A stretch of DNA of 64,000 bases, taken from the NCBI GenBank assembly GCA_026414185.1, contig JAOAJL010000001.1, positions 545-64,544 on the forward strand. Direction: 5' to 3'. This DNA comes from Candidatus Micrarchaeota archaeon (GTDB taxonomy: Archaea; Micrarchaeota; Micrarchaeia; Anstonellales; Anstonellaceae). The notes below the pieces were generated by a model. That model did not search any database and was not told the origin of the DNA. It saw only the letters and a program-made list of their open reading frames with translations. Position numbers and translations under genes: made by a program. Of the stretch, positions 24,328-32,933 are shown piece after piece. The stretch's first letter is position 1. Every line of letters begins with the position of its first letter.

Positions 24328-26076
24328 TCAAAGCCTTCCGCTGCCGGCGGAAAAAGCCCTTATTGCTGAGACGAGGCTTTTTGCCATGAACGCAAAGGAA
24401 GGCAGGATGAGTATCACCGCAAGGGAGCTTGGCGCAAAGGAGTAGGCAAAAAGGTAGATCGCGCATAGAAAAAGAAAAAGCGCTGAGGAGGCAAGATGCC
24501 CCGCAGGCACATACCGCCAGCCAGAGCTTGAGCGGTCAAGCATTTTCAGCAAGGAGGCGGTTGCTGATTTGAGGTTGACAAGAAAAAGCGCTGAGGAGGC
24601 AAAGAAGCTGATGAAGAAAAAGACAAAAAGGGGGCGCAGAAGCGCCCATGCGGGGTTTGCCGAGAAGAAAACTGCGAGGTAGAAAAGAAAAGAGGCGGCT
24701 GCGAATATCACGCTGTTTTTTGAAGTCAGCGCAAGCTGCTCGCGCGCGGAAAGCTGCTCATGGGGCTGCGAAATTGAGGGAAGCCTCTCAACCACGTGGT
24801 AGTAGCGGGAGGACTCGGAAATCGCCCTGCGGATGCCCATTGTCGTGGAGCGCATGAGGCGCATGTTCTTGACAAGGAAGGCAGGGGCGGCGCTTTGTAA
24901 CAGGTTGTAAAGCTCGTTTTCCCGGTTCAAAAGCCAGGCGGAAGCAAACGAGGAGATGATTATGGCAAAGGCGAAGTTGCTCAGGATTTCGGCGGGCAAA
25001 ATCCCAAGCGAAGTTGCCTTGCTTACGATGAGAAGCGAAAGCTCGGACATTGCAACGAGCACCGAGGCGCAAAAAAGCGCGGAGCGGCCTGAGAAGCCGG
25101 CAAAGTAGGAGGAGATGCCCGAGGCGACAAACCCAACTGGCATTGCCAAGCCTATGAAAATCAGCAAGATGTGGGGGTGGGCGATGACCGAATGCGCATT
25201 GACTACAAGCCCGATGGAAAAGAAGAAAAAGGCGGCAAAAAGCGAGTTGAAAGGCTTTACCTTATCCTCAATCTTACGCGAATGCGGCGAGCCGGCGATG
25301 GTGCTTCCGGCAAGGAAAGCCCCTATGGAAAATGAAAGTCCGATCGCCTCCGAAAGATAGCCGATGACGAGGACGAGGCTGACTGTGGAGAGGATGAGAA
25401 GCTCGTCTGAGTGCGCAACCAGGCTCAGGAAGCGGCTTATCAGGCGGGAGAGGATGATGTAGGCAAAGATGAATGTCAGGACCACGCGCAGGAGGGAAAT
25501 TGCAAACGAGTATTCGCTTAGCTGGGACGAGGAGGGGGAGATTAGCCCGAGGAAGAAAACGGCAAGCAAATCCTCAATTATCAGTATTGAAACTATGAAT
25601 GGCACCTCGGGCCTGCGGATTTTTCCTGATGCCTCCAGCAGGCGTATTATGACTGGCGTGGATGAGAAAGAAAGCGAGACGGCTACAAGGGCGGAAGCCT
25701 GCGCTGAAAAGCCAAGCATGGCAAAGGCTGAATATGCCGCCAAATAGGCTATGCCAATCTTGAGCACTGCGGCAAGGAAGGTGAACGCCCCAAGCTGCGA
25801 AAGCTTGACTATGGAGAACTCAAGACCTATGCCGAAAAGGATGAAGGCTGCGCCTATTACCGCAAACACCTCCACCAGCGAGGGGTCTTCAATTATTATG
25901 TTGGAAAAGCGGATTCCGAAAAGCTCCAAGCCGACAAGGGGGGAGAAAGGCCCGATGAGCATCCCTGCGGCAAGCATGCCGAGGATTGATGGGAGCCGTA
26001 GCCTGTCAAAGATGAGGGCTGAAAGCATGATGACTGAAACGGCTATCCCAACCGCAAATGCCGGCTCCATGCGCAA
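24328..26076 (-). CDS. Cation:proton antiporter (CPA2/Kef-type) with an extra C-terminal membrane domain
   Basis: About 12 TM helices with Na_H_exchanger-like features (PSILGMLAAGMLIGP; ELSLLIV). The C-terminal ~190 aa are four more hydrophobic helices instead of a soluble RCK/KTN domain. Confidence 0.75.
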   Translation of the reverse strand: MRMEPAFAVGIAVSVIMLSALIFDRLRLPSILGMLAAGMLIGPFSPLVGLELFGIRFSNIIIEDPSLVEVFAVIGAAFILFGIGLEFSIVKLSQLGAFTFLAAVLKIGIAYLAAYSAFAMLGFSAQASALVAVSLSFSSTPVIIRLLEASGKIRRPEVPFIVSILIIEDLLAVFFLGLISPSSSQLSEYSFAISLLRVVLTFIFAYIILSRLISRFLSLVAHSDELLILSTVSLVLVIGYLSEAIGLSFSIGAFLAGSTIAGSPHSRKIEDKVKPFNSLFAAFFFFSIGLVVNAHSVIAHPHILLIFIGLAMPVGFVASGISSYFAGFSGRSALFCASVLVAMSELSLLIVSKATSLGILPAEILSNFAFAIIISSFASAWLLNRENELYNLLQSAAPAFLVKNMRLMRSTTMGIRRAISESSRYYHVVERLPSISQPHEQLSAREQLALTSKNSVIFAAASFLFYLAVFFSANPAWALLRPLFVFFFISFFASSALFLVNLKSATASLLKMLDRSSSGWRYVPAGHLASSALFLFLCAIYLFAYSFAPSSLAVILILPSFAFMAKSLVSAIRAFSAGSGRL

Positions 26077-26113
26077 AGCTGTTCAAACTAAATTTAAAAA
26101 GAAATTGAGGGCT

Positions 26114-26443
26114 TCAGCAGTCTATGGTGGTGCCGGCGATTATTGAGAGGACCGCAGGGGCGATTGTTGAGATGAGAAGCCCGACAAGGGCGCCTGTCAG
26201 GCACGAGGTTGACCACACGTTCGCCCTTGCCCTCGTCTCTGCGCCCATCATCTGACCAACGGCGTAGATGACTGCCGAGAGAAGCACCATGAGCATCGCG
26301 GCGATTGGAACAAGATCGCGCAGCGCCTCGCAAAGCTGGCTAAGCGCGTTTTTCAGCATTGAAGTCGGGTCTGCCGCAAAGGCAAAATTGACGATGAAAA
26401 GCAAAAAGACCCAAGAGGTTATGATTTTTCTGAGGCTGCCCAT
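26114..26443 (-). CDS. Small secreted membrane protein with VirB2/TrbC-like topology (signal peptide + helical hairpin)
   Basis: MGSLRKIITSWVFLLFIVNFAFA/ADP, then two hydrophobic helices (LVPIAAMLMVLLSAVIYAVGQMM; CLTGALVGLLISTIAPAVLSII) joined by a basic loop GAETRARANVW. Start at ATG 26443 avoids overlap with the divergent gene. Confidence 0.5.
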   Translation of the reverse strand: MGSLRKIITSWVFLLFIVNFAFAADPTSMLKNALSQLCEALRDLVPIAAMLMVLLSAVIYAVGQMMGAETRARANVWSTSCLTGALVGLLISTIAPAVLSIIAGTTIDC

Positions 26444-26513
26444 ATGCTGCACCTTGCCACTTATAGCAGAAAAACAGTTTTTAAAGGTAGGGTTTGGTGG
26501 TATTGACGGTTTT

Positions 26514-27290
26514 ATGAAAATCCGCCTTGATGTCCGCAAAAGCGCCCAGCAGAACGCTTCTGACTATTATCAGAAGGCAAAGGAGCTTGCAAGGAAGGAG
26601 GAGGGCGCACGGCAGGCGCTTTCCAAGACGAAAGATGAGATTGAGCAGGCGCGCGTGCGGCAGCTTGAGGCGGCTGCCGCCTCCAGACCGCCAAGCATGA
26701 AGCGGAAGCGTGAGTGGTTTGAGAAATTCCGCTGGTTTTTCACCTCTGGCGGAAGGCTTGTTCTGGCAGGCAGGGACGCCAGGCAAAATGATTTGCTTGT
26801 TGCCAAGAGGATGACTGACGCAGACCTGTTTTTCCACGCCGACATACAGGGTGCGGCGGCGACCGTTTTGGTCGGGGGTAAATCTGCCTCGCGGCAGGAG
26901 ATGCTTGAGGCGGCGCAGTTTGCGGCATCGCATTCCTCTGCGTGGAAGGCAGGCGCTGCCGCAGTTGACGTGTATGCTGTTGAAAAGGGGCAGCTTGGGA
27001 AGCATGCCCAGGGCGGCTTTGTCGGCGCAGGGGCATTTACTATAAGCGGGACGCGCAATTGGTTCAGGGGAACGGCGCTTGGCTTGGCGATGGGGGTTGA
27101 GGGCGGAAGAGCATTCTGCCTTCCCAGCTGCCACCTGCAAGCCGGCGGTTGCAGCGTCTTCCTCTCCCCCTCCGGGAATATTGAAAAGGGCGAGGCTGCG
27201 AAGATAATCGCGGGCATCCTGAAATGCGGAATTGACGATGTGCTGCTTGCCCTTCCCTCTGGCAAGTTCTCCATAAGGGAGAGGAAATGA
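26514..27290 (+). CDS. NFACT-R (DUF814) domain protein, short form lacking the NFACT-N domain
   Basis: A coiled-coil leader, then FRWFFTSGGRLVLAGRDARQNDLLV...DLFFHADIQGAAATVL..., the DUF814/NFACT-R signature of RqcH/Tae2-type proteins. TATA TTTTTAAA at 26478-26485. Confidence 0.65.
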   Translation: MKIRLDVRKSAQQNASDYYQKAKELARKEEGARQALSKTKDEIEQARVRQLEAAAASRPPSMKRKREWFEKFRWFFTSGGRLVLAGRDARQNDLLVAKRMTDADLFFHADIQGAAATVLVGGKSASRQEMLEAAQFAASHSSAWKAGAAAVDVYAVEKGQLGKHAQGGFVGAGAFTISGTRNWFRGTALGLAMGVEGGRAFCLPSCHLQAGGCSVFLSPSGNIEKGEAAKIIAGILKCGIDDVLLALPSGKFSIRERK

Positions 27291-27937
27291 AACGTTCGGC
27301 AAGGATTTTGGCGCTCATTGCGAAATACAGGGTAAAAAAGCGCGAAATCGCGGCGCGCCTTAGGCATTTCAGGATGGCTGGGCGGGCTTCAAACAGGGCG
27401 CTTTTTGAGGAGCTGGCGTTTTGCCTTTTGACCCCGCAGAGCAAGGCTTTTTCGTGCGACGAGGCTGTAGGAGAGCTGAAAAGAACCGGGCTTTTGTTCC
27501 GCGGCACGGCAAAAAAGATAGGCAGGCTCCTTTCAAAAAAGGTCCGCTTCCACAACAAGAAGGCGGAATATCTCGTGGAGGCGCGCAGGAAGTTCGGCAA
27601 GGGCGGCTTTGCGTTGTTGAGGGACATCACCTTTGGCGCAAGCGAAACCCGCGCCCGCATGCGCCTTGTGCGCGAGGTAAAGGGGATGGGGATGAAAGAG
27701 GCAAGCCACTACCTGCGCAACGTCGGGCGTGGCAGGAGAATCGCCATCCTTGACAGGCACATAATCAAAAATCTGGCAAGATACGGGGCAATAAGGCGGG
27801 TGCCGAAAAGCCTGACGCAAAAAGGATACCTTCAGATAGAGAGGAGGATGGCTTGCTTTTGCAGGAAGATCGGCATCCCCCTTGCGCATCTTGACCTTCT
27901 TTTCTGGGCCGAGGAGACGGGAAGAGTGTTCAAATAG
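27287..27937 (+). CDS. ogg: N-glycosylase/DNA lyase (archaeal Ogg2-type 8-oxoguanine glycosylase, HhH-GPD)
   Basis: LFEELAFCLLTPQSKA, the VKGMGMKEASHYLRNVG helix-hairpin-helix, and AILDRHI (catalytic Asp region). Confidence 0.7.
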   Translation: MKRSARILALIAKYRVKKREIAARLRHFRMAGRASNRALFEELAFCLLTPQSKAFSCDEAVGELKRTGLLFRGTAKKIGRLLSKKVRFHNKKAEYLVEARRKFGKGGFALLRDITFGASETRARMRLVREVKGMGMKEASHYLRNVGRGRRIAILDRHIIKNLARYGAIRRVPKSLTQKGYLQIERRMACFCRKIGIPLAHLDLLFWAEETGRVFK

Positions 27938-27969
27938 GGGCTTGCAGAGGCGCTGGCTTAGCCCAATGC

Positions 27970-27993
27970 TATATAAATTTTAACAATTGTTAA
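27970..27993 (+). promoter_or_regulatory. Promoter plus candidate operator of the HTH-suf operon
   Basis: TATATAAA at 27970..27977, immediately followed by the perfect 14-bp palindrome TTAACAATTGTTAA (27980..27993). The first ATG of the operon is at 28016. Confidence 0.5.
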
Positions 27994-28015
27994 TTCTGCC
28001 GCCCGATGTGTTTTG

Positions 28016-28366
28016 ATGCTCCCCTGCTCGCAAGTCCACTGGAAGATACTTCCTGCGATTTGCCGTCAGCTTGCCATCTCGCTTGAGAAGGAAAAAATAA
28101 GCCGAAAGAGGATTGCGGCTTTGCTTGGGACCACGCCAGCCGCAATCTCCCAGTATCTTTCCGGCAAACGCGGCGGCTCCCCTCTTGGCAAAAAGGCAAG
28201 GGACAGATGCGCGGCTCTTGCGAAAAAAATGGCTGCTGGAAAGGCAGGGCAGGAAGCCGTCAACCTTGAAATTGCAAGGATAATTGCCATTGCGAAGGGA
28301 GGAAGGGCAAAAAAAAGGAATCCGTGCGCAGTTTGCGCCTCGCGTTCCGCGAATGAGTCCGGGTGA
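28016..28366 (+). CDS. Small HTH (XRE-like) transcriptional regulator with five Cys, first gene of the suf operon
   Basis: ISRKRIAALLGTTPAAISQYLSGKRG is a typical HTH. Cys residues include a C-terminal C-A-V-C pair. The stop is 5 nt before the sufC ATG. Confidence 0.65.
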   Translation: MLPCSQVHWKILPAICRQLAISLEKEKISRKRIAALLGTTPAAISQYLSGKRGGSPLGKKARDRCAALAKKMAAGKAGQEAVNLEIARIIAIAKGGRAKKRNPCAVCASRSANESG

Positions 28367-28371
28367 ATTGG

Positions 28372-29112
28372 ATGAGCCTTCTTGAGATTGAGAACCTGAG
28401 GGTGAGGGCGGAGGCAAGGGAAATCATAAGAGGGATTTCGCTGTCTTTGGAGGCTGGGCAGGTCCACATTATAATGGGACAGAATGGAAGCGGCAAATCC
28501 ACCCTTCTTTTGGCGCTTGCAGGAAGCCCGAGGTATGAGGTGGCGGGGAAGGCTTCATTTGAAGGGAAGAATCTGCTTTCGCTAAAGCCGCACGAGAGGG
28601 CAAGGGCGGGGATTTTGCTTGCGTTCCAGCAGCCTGTTGAGGTTCCAGGTGTGAGGATGGCGGACTTCTTGCGCAGGGCATACTGCGCCCGCTTCGGGAA
28701 GGAGATTCCGGTTTTGGAATTTGAGTCGCTCCTTCAGAGGAAAATGGATGAGCTTGGCATTGAGAGGGAATTTGCCATGCGCGGGCTGAACGAGGGCTTT
28801 TCAGGCGGGGAGAAGAAGAAAAGCGAGATGCTGCAGCTTTCCCTGCTCAAGCCAAAGCTTGCCCTGCTTGACGAGCTTGACTCGGGGCTGGATGTGGATG
28901 CGGCTCCAAAAGTCGCGGAGATGGTTGAGCGCGCAAGGCAGGACGGCGCATCCGCCATCGTGGTGACGCACTACACGAAGATACTGCGCGGCTTGCGACC
29001 AGACAGGGTGCATGTCATGAAGGACGGCAGGATAATACTTTCTGGCGATGCCCGCCTTGCGCAAAAGCTTGAGAGGGAGGGCTTTGGCTGGGCATACCGC
29101 AGCGTTGGCTAG
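28372..29112 (+). CDS. sufC: Fe-S cluster assembly ATPase SufC
   Basis: Walker A GQNGSGKST, signature FSGGEKKK, Walker B LALLDELDSGLD, H-loop VVTHY. Confidence 0.9.
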   Translation: MSLLEIENLRVRAEAREIIRGISLSLEAGQVHIIMGQNGSGKSTLLLALAGSPRYEVAGKASFEGKNLLSLKPHERARAGILLAFQQPVEVPGVRMADFLRRAYCARFGKEIPVLEFESLLQRKMDELGIEREFAMRGLNEGFSGGEKKKSEMLQLSLLKPKLALLDELDSGLDVDAAPKVAEMVERARQDGASAIVVTHYTKILRGLRPDRVHVMKDGRIILSGDARLAQKLEREGFGWAYRSVG

Positions 29113-29134
29113 CGCAGTTGCCTTTTGTTTGGTG

Positions 29135-30574
29135 ATGATGTTGGATGAGAAGCTGCTGGCGGAATTTGGCAAGGACACGACTCCCAGAAAGCCGCCCCGT
29201 TCTGACAGAAAGCTAAATGTCGGCTACAAGACGGGCATAAAGGGGCTTACCGAGGAGCTTGTAAGGGAGATATCAAGGCTGAAAGGCGAGCCTGGCTGGA
29301 TGTTGCGCAGGCGGCTTGAGGCGTTCAGGATTTTCAAGGCAAAGCCCCTGCCAAGATGGGGACCCGACCTGTCGGGGCTTGACTTCTCTTCCATCGTGGG
29401 CTTTGTCCGGCCCAGGGGGAAAGAAGACGGCAGGCTGCTGAACAGCTGGGAGGAGGTGCCGCATGAGATAAAGAGGGCTTTTGAGCGGCTTGGTGTTCCT
29501 GAGGCGGAGCGCAAGTTCCTTGCAGGCGCCTCCGCGCAGTATGACTCGGAGGTGCTTTACAAGAGATTGAAAAAAAGCGCGGAGCAGCTCGGGGTGATTT
29601 TCACGGACATGGACAGCGCTGTGAGGGAATATCCCGAAACTGTGAAAGAATACTTCATGACAAAATGCGTTCCTGCTTCTGACAACAAGTTTGCGGCTTT
29701 GCACGGCGCCTTCTGGTCCGGGGGGAGCTTTGTCCATGTTCCCGCCGGGGTGAAGGTGCCAATGCCCCTGCAGATTTACTTCATGATGAATTACCCTGCC
29801 TTTGGCCAGTTTGAGCACACTCTCATAATTGCCGAGGAAGGCTCGCAGCTTCACTACATTGAGGGCTGCACCGCTCCCTACTACACGAAAAATTCCCTGC
29901 ATTCTTCGGTGGTTGAGGTGTTCGTCGGAAAGGGAAGTAGGGTGCGCTACACTTCAATACAGAACTGGAGCAGGAATGTCTATAACCTCAACACGAAGAG
30001 GGCGATTGTCGGGCAGGACGCGCTGATGGAGTGGGTTGGCGGGACGCTTGGCTCAGGCACGACGATGCTTTACCCTTGCAGCGTGCTTGCCGGCAGGGGG
30101 GCCAGGACGGAGCATCTCAACATCACTCTTGCGGCGGCAGGGCAGGTGAAGGACACTGGCGCAAAGGTTATTCATCTTGCCCCAGGCACCCAAAGCAAGG
30201 TGGTAAGCAAGTCCATATGCACAGGAGGGGGGCTTGCACGCTACCGCGGGCTTGTGCGGATTGCAAAGAGGGCAAAGGACGCAAAGTGCAGCGTGCGGTG
30301 CGATTCCATCATAGCGGACCGCACATCAAAGGCGGAAACCATACCGGTCATTGATGTGAAAAACCCAGGCGCGCTTGTCGGGCATGAAGCCTCAATGGGC
30401 AGGATTTCCGATGAGCAGCTTTTGTATCTCCAAAGCAGGGGGATAGAACCTGATGAGGCGGTCGCCATGGTGGTGCGCGGCTTTGTTGAGCCGATTGTGA
30501 GAGAACTGCCTCTTGAATACGCGGTTGAGATGAACAGGCTGATTGAGATGGAGATGGAAGGCTCGGTGGGCTAG
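29135..30574 (+). CDS. sufB: Fe-S cluster assembly scaffold SufB
   Basis: Beta-helix core with YIEGCTAP, NWSRNVYNL and C-terminal ...GHEASMGRISDEQLLYLQSRGI.EDEA, typical of SufB. Start at ATG 29135, after the sufC stop. Confidence 0.9.
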   Translation: MMLDEKLLAEFGKDTTPRKPPRSDRKLNVGYKTGIKGLTEELVREISRLKGEPGWMLRRRLEAFRIFKAKPLPRWGPDLSGLDFSSIVGFVRPRGKEDGRLLNSWEEVPHEIKRAFERLGVPEAERKFLAGASAQYDSEVLYKRLKKSAEQLGVIFTDMDSAVREYPETVKEYFMTKCVPASDNKFAALHGAFWSGGSFVHVPAGVKVPMPLQIYFMMNYPAFGQFEHTLIIAEEGSQLHYIEGCTAPYYTKNSLHSSVVEVFVGKGSRVRYTSIQNWSRNVYNLNTKRAIVGQDALMEWVGGTLGSGTTMLYPCSVLAGRGARTEHLNITLAAAGQVKDTGAKVIHLAPGTQSKVVSKSICTGGGLARYRGLVRIAKRAKDAKCSVRCDSIIADRTSKAETIPVIDVKNPGALVGHEASMGRISDEQLLYLQSRGIEPDEAVAMVVRGFVEPIVRELPLEYAVEMNRLIEMEMEGSVG

Positions 30575-31732
30575 ATGGCAAAGGTTGGCGTTCCGCTGGC
30601 GCAAAAAGCGAGGGAGATTTCGCGGCTGCTTGGAGAGCCGGATTGGCTGCTTGGCGTGCGCCTTTCAGCAGTTTCCATCCTTGAAAGCAGGAGGGGCGCA
30701 GGCAGAGTTTCTGGCTTGAGAATGGAAGGCTCAGTCAAGCGCAGCTTCAGCTCGGAAGGAGGGGCGGCTGTCCTTTCGGTTGCGCAGGCAGTGGCGAGAG
30801 GCAATGCGCTGAAGGAGCAGCTTGCAGTGCGCCCAAACGGCATGGAAAGCGACGAGTACCTGCTTTCTCTCGCCCTTTTCACAGAAGGGACTGTTGTGGC
30901 GGTGCCGGCGGGAAAGCCCTGCAAGGTTTCAATTGAGATGGAAGGCAAGCCGCCAGATTTCTTTTCCACCTTTTTTTTGCTGGAAGACGGATGCCAGGCA
31001 AGCATAAGCATGAAAACCGCTTTTGCAAGCCGTTATGGGGAATGCAGGGGAATCTTTGCAGGCAGAAGCTCGCGCGCTCGCTTTTGCTTCGTGCAGGCAG
31101 ATTCGGCTGGGTGCAGCTCGTCCCTTGGCATGTGCGCGTGGCTTGATGAAGAAAGCCGCCTTGCGCTTTTTGGCGCAAATCTCGGCGGGGCAGGAAGGAA
31201 GGAGGGCGCCTGCCTCTTCCAGCAAAAGCAGGGCAGCCGTTGCGAGCATTATGAATCCTCCCTTGCCAAAGGCAGGCAGAGGATTGAAAAGCGCCTTTGG
31301 CACTGCCATTCAGCCGCCCGCACTTTTTCGCGCGCCTTCCTTGCTTATGCGGCAGCGGGCTGCTCGCAGGTTCTTTTTGAGGGGAATGTCAGGATTGGGC
31401 AGGAGGCGGGCGGCGCAGACGCCCACCTGCTTGCCAAGTCGCTTCTGCTTTCTGAGAAGTCTTCGGCGCGCCTTGTGCCGCAGCTTGCTGTGCACAACCA
31501 GGATGTTGCCGCTGGGCACGGCTCTGCGGTTGCGCCAATCTGCAAAGAGGAGCTTTTCTACCTGCAAAGCAGGGGGCTTGGGGAGAAGGAAAGCAGGCTT
31601 GCGCTGCTGGAGGGCTTCCTGAGCGAACCGCTGCGGAAAGGCGGGGTGGAAGCTTCGCAGATGCCCTGGGTGGCTTCCGAGCTCAAGCGACAGGCGAGGA
31701 GAATTTTTGAAGGTGAGGGGGATGGCGCTTGA
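30575..31732 (+). CDS. sufD: Fe-S cluster assembly protein SufD
   Basis: SufB/D-family beta-helix with C-terminal ...AAGHGSAVAPI.KEELFYLQSRGL.E.E.. Adjacent TAG-ATG junction with sufB. Confidence 0.8.
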   Translation: MAKVGVPLAQKAREISRLLGEPDWLLGVRLSAVSILESRRGAGRVSGLRMEGSVKRSFSSEGGAAVLSVAQAVARGNALKEQLAVRPNGMESDEYLLSLALFTEGTVVAVPAGKPCKVSIEMEGKPPDFFSTFFLLEDGCQASISMKTAFASRYGECRGIFAGRSSRARFCFVQADSAGCSSSLGMCAWLDEESRLALFGANLGGAGRKEGACLFQQKQGSRCEHYESSLAKGRQRIEKRLWHCHSAARTFSRAFLAYAAAGCSQVLFEGNVRIGQEAGGADAHLLAKSLLLSEKSSARLVPQLAVHNQDVAAGHGSAVAPICKEELFYLQSRGLGEKESRLALLEGFLSEPLRKGGVEASQMPWVASELKRQARRIFEGEGDGA

Positions 31733-32933
31733 CGTTGAGGCGATAAGGGAGGATTTCCCGATACTCAGGCGGAAGGTGAATGGAAAAAGGATTGCCTATC
31801 TTGACAACGCCGCCACTTCGCAAAAGCCGCTTGCAGTGCTTGAGGCGATGGAGCGGTATTATCGCACCTGCAACGCCAACGTCCACCGCGGAACGCACAG
31901 GCTGTCCGAGGAAGCGACCGACGCATATGAAAAGGCGCGGGCAAACATCGCAGGCTTCATAAACGCGCAGCCAGAGGAGATAATATTCACAAAAAACGCG
32001 ACGGAGGCGCTCAACCTCGTTGCGTCGGTGGTGTGCAGGCAGGCAAAGGAAGGGCAGCGGATTTTGCTTACCCAGATGGAGCACCACTCAAACATCGTGC
32101 CTTGGCAGATTTGGGCGGCTGAAAGAGGGCTTGAGCTTGGCTATGCCGAGATTGGCGAGGGATTTTCCCTTTCCGGTCAAAGCGTGTTGGAGGGGCTTTC
32201 CGGCTCGCCTTTGATCTTTTCTTTCACGCACATCTCCAATGTTCTTGGAACGATAAATGATGCGGCGTGGCTTTGCAGGAAGGCAAGGCAGGCAGGCGCA
32301 TACTCCTGCGTTGACGCCGCGCAGTCAGTCCCCCACATGCAGGTTGATGTGCGAGAGATGGGGTGCGACTTTCTCGCCTTTTCAGGGCATAAGATGCTTG
32401 GGCCCATGGGGATAGGGGTTCTTTATATGAGGCGCAGGCTTCAGGAATGCCTCCCGCCGTTTCTGGGGGGCGGGGATATGATAAGTTCGGTCGGATTTGA
32501 GCGCTCCTACTGGAACGCGCCTCCCCGCAAGTATGAGGCGGGAACACCCAACGTGGCAGGAGCAATCGGGCTTTCTGCCGCCATTGACTATTTGCGCAGG
32601 GTTGGCATGGGAAAAATCGCAAGGCACGAAAAGGAGCTTGCAAGGCTTTGCGTGGAGCGGCTGGAGGCAATTGGCAAAGCCAGGATATACGGACCGAAGA
32701 AGAGGGCTGGCTTGGTTTCCTTCAACATAGGCAGCGTGCATGCTCATGATGCCGCCGCTTTTGCAGACGGGGAGGGCGTTCAGATAAGGGCGGGGCACCA
32801 CTGCGCCATGCCCCTTGTGAGGATGCTTGGCGAAGCGGCAACCTGCAGGGCAAGCTTTTACCTTTACAACACAGAGGAGGAAGTGGAGAGGCTGTCGCAT
32901 GCGATGCGCAAGGCTCAGCGCGCACTTGGCTGA
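31722..32933 (+). CDS. sufS: Cysteine desulfurase SufS (class II aminotransferase V)
   Basis: IREDFPIL, YLDNAATSQKP, NVHRG.H, SGHKM (PLP Lys), RAGHHCA (active-site Cys loop). SD AGGTGA at 31711-31716. Confidence 0.9.
   Translation: MALDVEAIREDFPILRRKVNGKRIAYLDNAATSQKPLAVLEAMERYYRTCNANVHRGTHRLSEEATDAYEKARANIAGFINAQPEEIIFTKNATEALNLVASVVCRQAKEGQRILLTQMEHHSNIVPWQIWAAERGLELGYAEIGEGFSLSGQSVLEGLSGSPLIFSFTHISNVLGTINDAAWLCRKARQAGAYSCVDAAQSVPHMQVDVREMGCDFLAFSGHKMLGPMGIGVLYMRRRLQECLPPFLGGGDMISSVGFERSYWNAPPRKYEAGTPNVAGAIGLSAAIDYLRRVGMGKIARHEKELARLCVERLEAIGKARIYGPKKRAGLVSFNIGSVHAHDAAAFADGEGVQIRAGHHCAMPLVRMLGEAATCRASFYLYNTEEEVERLSHAMRKAQRALG

Noticed and set aside
26481-27367. Two overlapping minus-strand ORFs (273 and 265 aa) antisense to the NFACT-R and ogg genes
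   Set aside because: They overlap each other in different frames, are Arg/Pro/Ser-rich, and have no motif. The plus-strand products have clear family signatures.
30575-31732. Numerous overlapping ORFs on both strands across sufD (for example 31023..31622 + and 30929..31309 -)
   Set aside because: All are Arg/Ala-rich out-of-frame readings. The sufD frame abuts sufB (TAG-ATG junction) and overlaps the sufS start, and it carries the SufB/D C-terminal motif.
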